Below are positions 50,701-59,583 of a DNA stretch of 64,000 bases, piece after piece. Each line of letters opens with the position of its first letter. Within the stretch, counting starts at the first letter, position 1. The translations under genes and the position numbers were made by a program. The stretch spans positions 32,001 to 96,000 of the IMG/VR virus record IMGVR_UViG_3300046820_002137; one strand, given 5' to 3'. The notes beneath the pieces were generated by a model. It was not told the DNA's origin. It searched no databases and was given only the letters and a program-made list of their open reading frames with translations. The DNA is from a virus.

Positions 50701-51442
50701 CCAGAGCCGCCGCCATTGTAACCTCATTAAGCACGTTGTACTTATAAGTTATCATTTTTAATGTTATATGAAAATTACCGCTCGATGTACTATATCGACT
50801 AGTAAAATTCTCTAACATCAATGAATACCTAACCGCCTTACCAAAAAATCCTTTTATTGTTAAATAAAATATCGGATACGGTAAGTTAAAGAACACCGCA
50901 TATGGTGAATTGTCACCTCCTTCAAATAAAGCCCTGCCTTTTACATCCTCTAATTCAATAGTTACTGTTGGGGTAAAAGAAGTATTTTGTTTTATATTAA
51001 TTGATACGATTCCAAGTAACCCGTTATCTACCGCCCCTTGTTTACCATTAGATAATAAGGTTTGTCTAGTATAGAAATCATCATCTTTATCAGGATTTTT
51101 AAATGTGTCTACCTTTACTTGGTTATCACCCAACCCTTTTAAAGTATTTTTACCTGTAATTTCATCAGTATAACTGTTATCTAAAAATTCTTTACCACCA
51201 GGTTTTAAAAAATTAATGGCGGCTATCGATGTATTTCTGATAATATCGTTATTATCAGAACCTAAAGCTAGTTTTGTTCTCGGTATTGGTTTACACTCTA
51301 AATTAGCATACATCACCAAATTTTCATGGTTGATGAGCCTTTCTTTTGAGTTACCCTCATCATCAATTACTTTATTTGGGTCAACAATAACTATATTATT
51401 ATAATCAAATTCAACTAATATGTTTTCTGAGTTATCTACCAT
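44738..51442 (-). CDS. Giant baseplate hub protein (gp27/GPD/VgrG-like) with a C-terminal glucosaminidase-like domain
   Basis: N-terminal GIVSINIK…VTIELED…FYLTIKGF and late CTINMMGNALIQP…YF…SGPYMILEVTH-x-I…FET-x-L-x-G-x-R are hub/late-control-D signatures; it follows the LysM-like gene. Confidence 0.7.
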   Translation of the reverse strand: MVDNSENILVEFDYNNIVIVDPNKVIDDEGNSKERLINHENLVMYANLECKPIPRTKLALGSDNNDIIRNTSIAAINFLKPGGKEFLDNSYTDEITGKNTLKGLGDNQVKVDTFKNPDKDDDFYTRQTLLSNGKQGAVDNGLLGIVSINIKQNTSFTPTVTIELEDVKGRALFEGGDNSPYAVFFNLPYPIFYLTIKGFFGKAVRYSLMLENFTSRYSTSSGNFHITLKMITYKYNVLNEVTMAAALATPHMYSNNLPVKGNEGGPSQSTTVNDLPVQKGTQKIKELYSEYKNKGLIPDDFPEITIMQMYYRLEFFIKNYLESFIQQNMAPLNDLEFYEKKLKEYQNKVFYILNESWFETYMDKQNYFVSVSDDMKLYSFKKEFSDEKKKEEALTNLKKLITEYNTILNSNKTVGENGFYEINGKKQRSSIPNNIKIELFYQELTNPSEINLTETFKQRKGNQEPTTEDLNALGKELSENMNFNAGNITLKDGEPVPKYTYYKFGNLNNTNINKETKVLTQTFLSETNRMSKDLIAYREKIQDDITKALAEKLQSKSTGLGFVPTARNIMAVIFANSEAFLRMMDDVHTRAWDKRDDKVRKNCILNSSTSSACADNISSGNNETLPIYPWPQFIVETNGENGEEKYVIAYPGDPDYVSQTKGNQYDVWPEVEFLEEFLRGYTERAGDTKNGQPNFNEETDVKRVSMNGMEFPVTNEIFSNKDEVKFFYEIYERLFYTSNYSRLSRAASSTQSRDSVASTISDAEKINMVNGLGTDSGFLIEKLKNYGLNSENFVPTLKHISNSGMGKSWQNFIRGIFNTEYIKNQTESGGFQFLDVRTVAATKSNPLVSLENETEFENFITGNSETNEFDLLDTYPITNTDWVKNSLANGAAVSDAKAAFNTTKIITYNRSNKIISNFNNTDTTLTKRPITNFIYENAQVPNVNKETDLIEFFNNRTYQTQFLTEGNIRYKNYDAGVSADQVNSMLNTPMFINAIQEGVLKQTNGEDSPFVTAAYLFINSLPLCTLREKYKTYNSSQSNNTTNDLDYILATLKKFSAIHKVPYAWVLKIGSIWYRYKNDIQNNVDIMDGVWNNFEYIENYDPVNSDPTTAYNLTVNGESVEIVLEQDVNFTIGGPTQTVINTGFYPKLINDFNVFYQGSEVFNGYTSSDIQSGIDSGVNLNVVSDAIINGNLGFDPANSSRSLSLTPWSVTVDTSDGNFEYPIPSNGSLINQTFNECFEGDTDNAKLVIEVSGNYAMYDGSVRGMWACPNYGYFDISKLSKPGPNKYIKYVNNDSEEQENYSLNSDELGYDLISELFSAFDKNALDSFEKEFLNFSQSVTNYQSSTSTEGESIPKKSFKNFQMMMREMMKVPKNTPADLSATDIVSNIQQTQATQVNSYLKEFLNYDIVFKLGNPSGFDKRLFYTFSNRDIKDPYSWGSYVQNSLPTNGGTTTLTTSSTNNLDAWKALELYVGFSEIPELSYTDNGSYITDFFVDLNVEFTEKNIENLAPIIKIYATQKLTQEQTGVSPSLPTTNFPGQILQIYTLNDASTVTVYKNNQKKFVVLKNENGDSEFTGEQVDIDDPTNNTVIVNQAIETVYGFVSQNSDDEQYVTNIETPPEPQYPTVPDANSKWGNVTLVNSMDEYLNQVDSFQSDTVNNLMLRIRSALANVTSSQNKPPKPSELDGKQTKVELWESFKATNDKWIAGANFKEKTLFEDLLMLDRASRNVGDKVLIDIFKLKDKLVNINPKMTVFTFFQSILIENNFVIMNMPSYVNFYNVQDAGKNPKPKPEGTLEFGNTLFGTFLNVDYRDSSAKMVCMYSTKASEHVDMKNNVDYRFRDDAFDLRRASDNPLVENQTNKTDWDKSNKVVGFNVDIGTQNQSIFKSFEVSQESGTSTAESLQVINSMANQAGNRGGATQSTSLYNIYKNRSYNCTINMMGNALIQPTMYFNLRYVPMFSGPYMILEVTHAIAPGMFETRLTGVRQPTAALPKVDQFIQTLKTNLIKKIQDRMKQETDTEQGSATNVKSQTQESYDNINSNPANTFSENQTCSANTKYSQYLKEEPVKSTATPKEVKEVVIRLSLEAIPNDIERSTILSQIVFAKLYTSTFSNPNFETYNNNFAGIDISGDWGGSANYFKVDSNGNGLFYCTSNNKPYVSFNSLEDSVKILTQRWAQRITPNLAEDGEYEKFIVLNSEAKQLESNVWDEMSETQKNNIITEVSDAISLMDETVI

Positions 51443-51758
51443 AATAAAAGAAATGATTATCTAATTGATTCTTATAATCCTGTAATGAAGTTACAAGTGG
51501 AAATGGAATTGTCAATACACTACCGTCAACTATATTCCATTCTTGTCCTCCAAACTTAGGGTTAGCTTGTAAAATTAACCATCCAAAAAATGGCGAACCA
51601 TAATACTGTTGTGAAACTTTATCAAGTCTAGATTGTCCAACCTTATAGATATATCTTTTATCTGTGCTTTTACTAGGTAAATCCACATAAGTAACGACAG
51701 TTTGTTGTCCGTTAACTATAAATTCAGTATATCTATTATAATATTGTTTTTTTGCCAT
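51432..51758 (-). CDS. LysM-like baseplate protein (gp53 / P2 gpX-like)
   Basis: SRLDKVSQQYYGSPFFGWLILQANP…G-x-VLTIP. Confidence 0.8.
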   Translation of the reverse strand: MAKKQYYNRYTEFIVNGQQTVVTYVDLPSKSTDKRYIYKVGQSRLDKVSQQYYGSPFFGWLILQANPKFGGQEWNIVDGSVLTIPFPLVTSLQDYKNQLDNHFFYYGR

Positions 51759-51760
51759 TG

Positions 51761-54700
51761 TTAGAAATTAAACTTAGCGTTATCTAAATAAGTAGTGTTA
51801 GGTCCATGATTTTGACCGTCATATAGTTTTTTAATATCCTCTGATTGTGTTGCATTATCTACACCCGGAACCGTTGTATAATTGAACTTTCTTGTTTTAC
51901 CTTTTGGGTACATTTTCTCATCTAAATCATCAACAAAATCTTTATAGTCATTACTGTCTTTGAAGTCGGTGTAAAGTTCTTCTTCGTATTCAAGTTCTTT
52001 AGTATACTCCTTGGCCAAATCATCAACAATACCATCAAATTTATTTTTCAAATTGGTTGGGTCACTAACACTTACAAGGTCTCCTTTTATAATTGAATTT
52101 TTAAAACTTTCTCTTTTATTACTGTCTTGTAAAACTCTTGAAATAATTAAGAAGAAATGTTTTTCGGGACTATCCACACTGTTTCCTCCGATAAAGTTAT
52201 CATACACTGGTATAAAATTACCAACTTCATCATAAGGTTCTTCAGTTATCTTATTATCAGTTAATAGTGTTTGATAATCAATCAAAGTATTTGACGCTCT
52301 ATTTAAATCATCCCAAAGTTCATCATCCGTGGAGCTAATTGAAGGGTTTACAGTTGTGGTTGTTGTACTAACTTCACTAGTTCCATTAATAGTATATACT
52401 ATCGGTAGATTCTTATCTCCAATTTTACCGTCAGTTAGGGTGGCAACAAGATTTAATTTTCTTATAATCCTACTATAATCCTGTTGGAAAGTTACCATTT
52501 CTTGTGATGTTGTATATAAAACATTTGAAAAATTGTTATATAGGTCACTAACATAAGATATCATATTTTCGGTAATAGTATCCATTACATTTGACTGCCA
52601 ACTAAATTTATCCAATTCTTTCATGATTGGATTCGTTCTATCTGTTATTTCACTCTTAACTAAATCAAAAATATCCTTTGTAAACGAGTCGATATTTGAT
52701 GGTGCCCCATATATTGGAGCATCGACTTGACTAGTTGTACTGATATTTAATCCACCTTCGTTATATAATCTGTCTTTGTTCATGAATTGAACAATTCCGT
52801 GATTAGTATTCAACATTACTTTTTCTAACAGATTAGGAATCGTTTCCATATATGTTTTAGTACTTCCCTGAAGTTCGTCCATAACTTTTTGGTAACTTAT
52901 GTCACCAGTTTGTCCACTTTCTACCGGATTTGTACTTAATATTTCTCCGATGGTATTACCACCATCATTTGTTGGTTGATTATCAACATTATTGACTGTT
53001 GAATTTTCTTCTCCTAATTCAAGAGCGTCAATAAATTTCTTATCCAAAGCTTTCCAAGAATCATCGGTCCATGTTGACCTTTCATCATATATTTCAGTGT
53101 TAGCGTAATAGTTAAATGATAGTGCGTTTTGTAACTGTTCAACCGGTTTTGCAAGTCCATGACCACCAATCATATCAAAACTTAATGATATTTTGGCAAT
53201 CATAGGTTGTACACCAATACCCTCAGGGTTCATATCAAAAAGTGGTGACTCATAAGTTATACCTAATTCTCTTGGGATTATTTTACAGTTATAGAAATCA
53301 CCGATTCTAAGTATCAAAACCGGAGGTGCTCCAAATGATGTATTAACAGCATCATTTGATTTAGGTTTACCATCAGAACCTATCACAGGTATAGTTTCAC
53401 CAGGTCTAACACATTGATTTAAGAAAGTTAATCTAGCATTTAAACCTTCAGGTGTCATAGAATGGAACGCCGGGTTGAAGTACTTAATCTTTTCTTTTAT
53501 TGAATCGTAAACCATTGGGGCGTTTTCTTTTATAACCTCGAAATAATCACACTCAGTTAATAAATTTCTAACTATCTGTTTACTAATACCTTCTTTGAGT
53601 TTTTTTTCAATTGTTACATTATCTTTTGGTTGTGGTTTTTGTGGTACAATTCCTTGTTCTGAGGTGGAACTACTTGGTGGGTTAAAAAGAACACCCGGAT
53701 TTTCTTCTAAATTATCGGGTATAGTTCCAGCGTCAGATGGTTTATCGTTTATAACTATGGTACTTATTCTAAGTCTTCTACATGCCATAACACTAACAGA
53801 ATAAATCTGAGAACCGTTGTTTGTTGCCCCATTTTTATCCTCAACAGGTGTCGTACAATTTACGGTATCTTGCATAACCCCTCCTTGTGCTATAGGGTTA
53901 GTAAAAGATTCTCCTGACCCTCCACCAAAACTTATTTTTAAGCTTCCATTATCAATATACTTACCTAAACTAACACCACCTGATGTAAAGTTTCTAAAGT
54001 ACTCAACAATAGAATCACTTCTTTTTTGGTTTATTGTCTCATTAAAATTAGAACTAACTGTAAAAGATTCACCACCCTCTAAAACTATTGATATTGTTTT
54101 TTTCTCGGTAGTTAGAATACTAAACGCATCTTGAACCATTGAGTTTCCTCCGTCATTAATTAAAGAAAAATTATCTTTAATAACTTGGTCAAAAAATTCA
54201 TTAACATTTCTATTAAAATCATCCTCATTAAACAATTGTTCGGCGTTAGATACATATTCAGAAGACTTACTAATATATTGATTATATAAAACATCATAAG
54301 AATCTACCGTTCCGTTAACCGATGGTGAATTATCATCAAAATAGAATGATAAATTTTCATATTTGTTTACAAAATCATCAACACTTGGTTCATTAGTTAC
54401 AATAGAACTAGTTGAACTATCCGCATAGTTTCCACTAGTATTAGTTTGCGAGTCTTTTCCAATTGAATTAATAATATTTGTGACATCTTCTTGACTACTT
54501 TGTGGGTTGTTTAAAATTTCTTGATAGGTATATAAGTCTTTGGTAGGTAAGGTATTAAATTTTTGAGCTAATGTGTAGATATCATACTTCACACATCCTG
54601 CGAAAAATGAATCAATTATAGAGTCAACTCTTTCTTTAGCAACTCCTTTTAATTGTTTATCAACAATTAAATTCATTACCGAAGGACTATCAACTATTAT

Positions 54701-56806
54701 TTTCCAACTAATTGTTCCCTTTCTACTACTCTCTTTATATGTGAAAACAGGTTCAGGTCTTCCTAAAAAACTAGTAGGATTCCAATTCGCAGAACTACTA
54801 TCGCTAAATGTTAAATCATATGGCGGAAACCACATTACTCTACCACCATTGGGTCCTTTTTCACAAGTAGGTAATTCATCATAGGTGTATCCAGGTCTAC
54901 TTGAGGTCCTCCATGCTAAATTTTCAATAGAGAACATATATTTTTTAGCGTATCCACCTTTTCCGTTGTCATCATCTTTAATAATATTTGTAGAACCAGG
55001 ATTTTTAGTTGGTGAAATATTCAAATTATATGTGTTATCAAGTACAGAATATGAAAATCTTCTACCTGATTTAGTTATACCATCAGTTTTTTGTAAATCA
55101 TTATAAGCATAATATGGAGTATCCTTAGCAAAGACTCTACAGTATTCAATTCCGGCCTCAGCACCTGTTGCGTTATCAACATAAGATAATACTTGAGAAC
55201 CTTTTGTTATTTCTTTGTAACCGTCATTGAATACTTTACTAACTTGATTTATTGCATTACCTACGTGTTTTAGACGACTAATTCCTTCTACCAAATCTCC
55301 TGAATCAATTAATCTTTGAGTTTGGTCTAATATTGAATTATCTCTAAAGTTTACATTTGTTGAAGAATTTTTAGTGAAATTTGAACTAACTAAATTAAAA
55401 TCTTCGTCAATTTGTCCCGCACCTCCTCCTGGTGTTGGTTTGTACCCGGCATTCTTTTTATATTTAGGAGATGTCCAAACAAATTGACCGTCAATACCTC
55501 CACCATCAGATAGGGATTTTGCTGCGAGTCCAAAATTTAATACATCTTGATTACCTTCATACAATATACCCAATTCTGATGGACCATAAACAGGTGATGC
55601 AACTTGTTGTCCATATGGGTTAATCGGTAATTGGTTTGGTGGAGAATTTATCTGAGATGGCTCAGCGGTTCTACCACCAACATAATATCCACCAACCAGT
55701 GTTCCATTATTTGGGTCTATTATACCTGATACAATATTAATCAGTCCTTGGACAAGGTTACCTAATAATCCTCTATCATATGCAGGACGATACCTGTTAT
55801 AATCAATGTTATTAAATAATGCAGACCTTTGACCATTACCTGTATTTGCTAGAAAAATTTCAGATGGGTTTCTGGTTAGATTAAGTATAGGCCCTAAAAA
55901 CCCTCCAGTTACGTTATTTAAAACATTTAACGCAATTGATGTTTGTTGAGTTTGTAATCCAAGAAACGTATTTTCATTAAAGTAATCACCCGGAATAGGT
56001 GATACAGGCCAATAAGCACCTGCCAGTCTTGTAGCAAAATCAACCGCCGCCAGTATAGGACTTTCAGGTACCGTAATTCTCCAATTTCTATAAACTAAAG
56101 GTTGTTGTCCTGTTATTAATAAACTAGCTTCAAATGGGTCTTGTAGACTCGCTAAGTTTACCGCACCAACAGTATTTTGATAAATCTCAAGATTAATTCT
56201 TTCGATGAATAAATTTTTTAGATATTCCGCACCTAATCTAGCTATAAATGAATCTTGTGATAACGGACCCACAGAACCTTGGGGATTAGATGAAAACAGG
56301 ATTTCATATGGAGAATAAAACGAAGGTACGAACGTAGGTGGGTCCCAATATGGACCAAAATACTTATTTAAATTAGGTAAGTCTTCAGTTGAATATAAAA
56401 GAATGTATTTGTTATCAGGTATATAGGAGTTTAAATTCGCCGGTGAATACTTTTCTTCATTTAGGTAAAATGTACTGTTTGCGGCTAAAACACTTTCGGT
56501 TAAGGGATAATAAGGTTCTCCGCTAGGTTTAACAGGTACTAACGCTCCGTTATAATTTATTGATAAATTATAACCTCCAGATGGTCCGTATTCGTTTAAA
56601 GGGTATAATGTATTTGGATATGGTGACTGCCCAATCAAATTGTCCGGTGAGTTAATGACCGAACTATCTGTCAATTGAGTTTCATAAGCAACATTAGATA
56701 CTGGCGGAACGTATGAACCAACAACGGTGTACGGTGATAAATTTCTAGCTAAAAGTGAGTCTCTAAAAGATTGACTAGACGCAAAGGATAAAATACTATC
56801 TGCCAT
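51761..56806 (-). CDS. Tail tube initiator-like protein (gp48/gp54/CIS-tube fold) with an inserted OmpA-like domain
   Basis: FSDSSSANWNPTSFLGRPEPVFTY-x-x-S-x-R-x-x-TISW and APPVLILRIGDFY…MIAKISLSF; located between the tape-measure and LysM genes. Confidence 0.65.
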   Translation of the reverse strand: MADSILSFASSQSFRDSLLARNLSPYTVVGSYVPPVSNVAYETQLTDSSVINSPDNLIGQSPYPNTLYPLNEYGPSGGYNLSINYNGALVPVKPSGEPYYPLTESVLAANSTFYLNEEKYSPANLNSYIPDNKYILLYSTEDLPNLNKYFGPYWDPPTFVPSFYSPYEILFSSNPQGSVGPLSQDSFIARLGAEYLKNLFIERINLEIYQNTVGAVNLASLQDPFEASLLITGQQPLVYRNWRITVPESPILAAVDFATRLAGAYWPVSPIPGDYFNENTFLGLQTQQTSIALNVLNNVTGGFLGPILNLTRNPSEIFLANTGNGQRSALFNNIDYNRYRPAYDRGLLGNLVQGLINIVSGIIDPNNGTLVGGYYVGGRTAEPSQINSPPNQLPINPYGQQVASPVYGPSELGILYEGNQDVLNFGLAAKSLSDGGGIDGQFVWTSPKYKKNAGYKPTPGGGAGQIDEDFNLVSSNFTKNSSTNVNFRDNSILDQTQRLIDSGDLVEGISRLKHVGNAINQVSKVFNDGYKEITKGSQVLSYVDNATGAEAGIEYCRVFAKDTPYYAYNDLQKTDGITKSGRRFSYSVLDNTYNLNISPTKNPGSTNIIKDDDNGKGGYAKKYMFSIENLAWRTSSRPGYTYDELPTCEKGPNGGRVMWFPPYDLTFSDSSSANWNPTSFLGRPEPVFTYKESSRKGTISWKIIVDSPSVMNLIVDKQLKGVAKERVDSIIDSFFAGCVKYDIYTLAQKFNTLPTKDLYTYQEILNNPQSSQEDVTNIINSIGKDSQTNTSGNYADSSTSSIVTNEPSVDDFVNKYENLSFYFDDNSPSVNGTVDSYDVLYNQYISKSSEYVSNAEQLFNEDDFNRNVNEFFDQVIKDNFSLINDGGNSMVQDAFSILTTEKKTISIVLEGGESFTVSSNFNETINQKRSDSIVEYFRNFTSGGVSLGKYIDNGSLKISFGGGSGESFTNPIAQGGVMQDTVNCTTPVEDKNGATNNGSQIYSVSVMACRRLRISTIVINDKPSDAGTIPDNLEENPGVLFNPPSSSTSEQGIVPQKPQPKDNVTIEKKLKEGISKQIVRNLLTECDYFEVIKENAPMVYDSIKEKIKYFNPAFHSMTPEGLNARLTFLNQCVRPGETIPVIGSDGKPKSNDAVNTSFGAPPVLILRIGDFYNCKIIPRELGITYESPLFDMNPEGIGVQPMIAKISLSFDMIGGHGLAKPVEQLQNALSFNYYANTEIYDERSTWTDDSWKALDKKFIDALELGEENSTVNNVDNQPTNDGGNTIGEILSTNPVESGQTGDISYQKVMDELQGSTKTYMETIPNLLEKVMLNTNHGIVQFMNKDRLYNEGGLNISTTSQVDAPIYGAPSNIDSFTKDIFDLVKSEITDRTNPIMKELDKFSWQSNVMDTITENMISYVSDLYNNFSNVLYTTSQEMVTFQQDYSRIIRKLNLVATLTDGKIGDKNLPIVYTINGTSEVSTTTTTVNPSISSTDDELWDDLNRASNTLIDYQTLLTDNKITEEPYDEVGNFIPVYDNFIGGNSVDSPEKHFFLIISRVLQDSNKRESFKNSIIKGDLVSVSDPTNLKNKFDGIVDDLAKEYTKELEYEEELYTDFKDSNDYKDFVDDLDEKMYPKGKTRKFNYTTVPGVDNATQSEDIKKLYDGQNHGPNTTYLDNAKFNF

Positions 56807-56845
56807 TTACCTGATTTAATATATAAATACCAAAGACTTATTTTT

Positions 56846-58654
56846 TTACTCTTTCTTCTTAAAGTCTTTACCCATTTCTTCAAATATTTTATATATTCTT
56901 TCTTTAATTTCTTGAATATTAAGAGCATCCATAACTTGTTGAGTGGACATACTAGAAGGAGCGGTTACATTAATGTTAATATCCATTTTAGACTCTTCAG
57001 AAGTTTTAACTTCGGTGGTCTTTGACTTTTCTGTTCCTGGGGTAACTTCACCTGTTTCAACTGGTTGTACAGTTTGTGCTTGGGATTTAAAATCAATTCC
57101 TGTTACATCTTTTAGTTGGGTTTTTAGTGTCTCAGGCATTTCAGTACCATATGTACTAAACAATTGTGCAAATCCTTCAGCATTTTGATTAATAATTCCA
57201 CTTTGTTCATTAGCCGTTTTAGTAATTAACTCCAATAATTTATCACCTTCCTCCGTGAAATCAAAATTACCAGCCATCATTTTTTCAAACATTGATTTTA
57301 GTTCCCCACTTGAGCTATCTATCAATTCTCTAACAGCTCCTGTACCTAAAGCCCCTCCTTCTGTTATAACATTGGTCCCTTCTCTTGTAATTTTTGTAGC
57401 ACCTTTAATCATATCATCAACAAGTTTAGTACTTGCAATACCTCTGGCGGCTCTACCTTCCAATTTTTTTAGACTAGACGCCATACTTTTTTGTAAATCT
57501 AATTGTTCAGCAGCTAAATCCTCCATAGCCTTTGGTTTTGACGATTCTATTAACTTATCAAGTTGTTCTTTATTGTTAGTGTCCGCTAAAACATCCGCTA
57601 ACTTTTGTTCTTTACCATCTACCGTAATAACATACTCACCATCTTTCATTTCCGCTAAATTAGCAACCATTTTTTGTTGCTCTTCAGACATAAAATCAGG
57701 AAATTTAATTTTCCTCATTTTATCTTCTAACTCCGCAGAACCCATTGCCATTTTTGTTAGTTCGTCATAAGCAATACCTGTTGCTTTAGAAATCTCTCTG
57801 AGTTGTAATTTACCTTGTGGCGCAATTTCAAACTGACCTTTCTCATTTAATTGAACAAATTGTTCTGTCATTTGTACAAGTTGATTCTGTAATTCAGTAG
57901 GGTCATTAAGTGAAAGGTCCATCAATCTTAACGGGTCTAATAAGTCAGATTGTGTAACTCCTAATCGTTGTAATGCTGACGACATCTCTATCGCTTTTTC
58001 AGGATTATATAGATTATCTGCAAAACTCAAAGTAGTCTTCATGTCAATCCTCATACTTGATGCTTGAGCTGCCATCTTAGCTAAACCATCAACACCACCC
58101 GCAAAATTATACTTATTCATGGAATCCATGTTAGCAACCGCTTGTTCACTAACCGCCTTGACACTTAATCCTTGTTGTCGAGCCACGTCAACAATTTTTT
58201 GCATACCTTCAGCAACACCATATGCAGAAACACCAACATTTTTAAATGCCGGTAATAATTCTTTAGCTTCTTTACCAGTTACAGTAGCTGCCGCATAAAT
58301 ATCTTTGTAAACATCTCCACCTAAAATAACATTTCGTCTAAGGTCAGCAGCAGCCGCTAATTGAATTTTTGTAACATCCTCATAAGAACCACCTAAACCC
58401 AAGACCTCGGCTGAGGCATCTGCCATTGCTGCTTTTATTTGTTGAATATTCTCTCTACCTTGTCCAAAAAGATTGGTTACTTTTGTTGCTTCAACGTCTA
58501 GTCTTTGTATTTCTTTAATTACCGTAGGAAAACTAACGTCAATCATGCTGTTGAAGGACTCCTCGATTTTTTTCCCGAATGATTTAAAATAAACATCCGC
58601 AGCCTCTACGGAGGCTTTTGATATATCATCTGTTGATGGAGTTCCGTCTTGCAT
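56846..58654 (-). CDS. Tape-measure-like protein
   Basis: 602 aa, Ala/Gln/Met/Lys-rich and helical with no Cys or Trp; canonical position after tube and chaperone genes. Confidence 0.65.
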   Translation of the reverse strand: MQDGTPSTDDISKASVEAADVYFKSFGKKIEESFNSMIDVSFPTVIKEIQRLDVEATKVTNLFGQGRENIQQIKAAMADASAEVLGLGGSYEDVTKIQLAAAADLRRNVILGGDVYKDIYAAATVTGKEAKELLPAFKNVGVSAYGVAEGMQKIVDVARQQGLSVKAVSEQAVANMDSMNKYNFAGGVDGLAKMAAQASSMRIDMKTTLSFADNLYNPEKAIEMSSALQRLGVTQSDLLDPLRLMDLSLNDPTELQNQLVQMTEQFVQLNEKGQFEIAPQGKLQLREISKATGIAYDELTKMAMGSAELEDKMRKIKFPDFMSEEQQKMVANLAEMKDGEYVITVDGKEQKLADVLADTNNKEQLDKLIESSKPKAMEDLAAEQLDLQKSMASSLKKLEGRAARGIASTKLVDDMIKGATKITREGTNVITEGGALGTGAVRELIDSSSGELKSMFEKMMAGNFDFTEEGDKLLELITKTANEQSGIINQNAEGFAQLFSTYGTEMPETLKTQLKDVTGIDFKSQAQTVQPVETGEVTPGTEKSKTTEVKTSEESKMDININVTAPSSMSTQQVMDALNIQEIKERIYKIFEEMGKDFKKKE

Positions 58655-58684
58655 TTTTTACAGTATTACAATAAATACCGTCTA

Positions 58685-58813
58685 TTAAGAATTTTGACTA
58701 TTACCTTCATTTAATTTACCAATAATATACTTTCTTAAGTAAGTGGGCATCAATAAAAAGTCAGAATAAGACGTATTTAAATTTTTTGCGAGTACTATAT
58801 ACTCGTTCGCCAT
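58685..58813 (-). CDS. Small ORF missed by the track (MANEYIVLAKNLNTSYSDFLLMPTYLRKYIIGKLNEGNSQNS); probable 'T' part of the tail assembly chaperone
   Basis: 42 aa between chaperone and tape measure. The pattern S-x-x-D-x-x-x-MP-x-x-x-R is typical of gpT-like segments. The frame stays open upstream across the chaperone stop. Confidence 0.7.
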   Translation of the reverse strand: MANEYIVLAKNLNTSYSDFLLMPTYLRKYIIGKLNEGNSQNS

Positions 58814-58826
58814 ATATTCTCTGTGG

Positions 58827-59582
58827 TTAGAAGAAAGGCCGAAAAAATTCAACCCCAAAAACGATATCGACTTTCGTTTCTTCTCCTGATGGGGCTATTA
58901 CTCTTTTTGTTAAATCTAATGATGGAACGTTGTCCTTTAAAAAATTTCTAATGAATTTGGAATCCGCAATTGGAAGTTGTTCTACAAATATTGCAATTTT
59001 TCCTTTATCGGTATCACCATCTAATTCAACTATTTGTTTTTGTAGCTTAATAGTAACTTTAGGAGCAACTCTTCCTTGTGGATAATTTTCAATGATTCTA
59101 TCAATTTCCTGTAGTTCACCAAAATTTATAGGTTTCAATTTAACTTTAGCACCTGTCTTTGGAAGTTCCACTGAAAATGTTCCGTCTTCATTTGGTCTAC
59201 TTTGTCCTTGTTTTACATTTAATTCGTCTAAAACAAGTGTTTTCTCAAATAATTTACCGGTTTTAGGGTCTTCAAGTCTTACGACATACTCAGGTCCAAA
59301 CGCCGTATTTCTTAAAAACAATAATATAGCTTGGATATCTTCGTCTAACAATTCCTCAGGTCTTAAATCATGTTCATAAATTTTATTTCTTAAAAGAGAC
59401 ATTACAACACTATCCTTATTACTTAATCCTGATAATAAAAAGTTTTCATCTGTAGCAGTCAGATAACCTACTTTTATTGATTTTTTCTTAGATTTGTAAA
59501 AAATTCCACCTGTTGGTAGTATGACCACATCATGTGGTAGAGTAAAATTTTCAGTTGCCGCGTTTAAAAGTGAAGAATCCAT
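58827..59582 (-). CDS. Tail assembly chaperone / T4 gp26-like baseplate hub assembly protein
   Basis: LPTGGIFY, LTATDE, LL-x-x-D-x-x-AILLFLRNTAFG, LPKTG…KP and C-terminal EFFRP; lies between tube and tape measure. Confidence 0.75.
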   Translation of the reverse strand: MDSSLLNAATENFTLPHDVVILPTGGIFYKSKKKSIKVGYLTATDENFLLSGLSNKDSVVMSLLRNKIYEHDLRPEELLDEDIQAILLFLRNTAFGPEYVVRLEDPKTGKLFEKTLVLDELNVKQGQSRPNEDGTFSVELPKTGAKVKLKPINFGELQEIDRIIENYPQGRVAPKVTIKLQKQIVELDGDTDKGKIAIFVEQLPIADSKFIRNFLKDNVPSLDLTKRVIAPSGEETKVDIVFGVEFFRPFF

Positions 59583-59583
59583 T

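Noticed and set aside
56943-57770. Plus-strand ORFs of 81 and 171 aa, and similar short ORFs opposite large genes throughout the window
   Set aside because: They are fully antisense to well-supported genes and have no motifs; codon-bias shadows.
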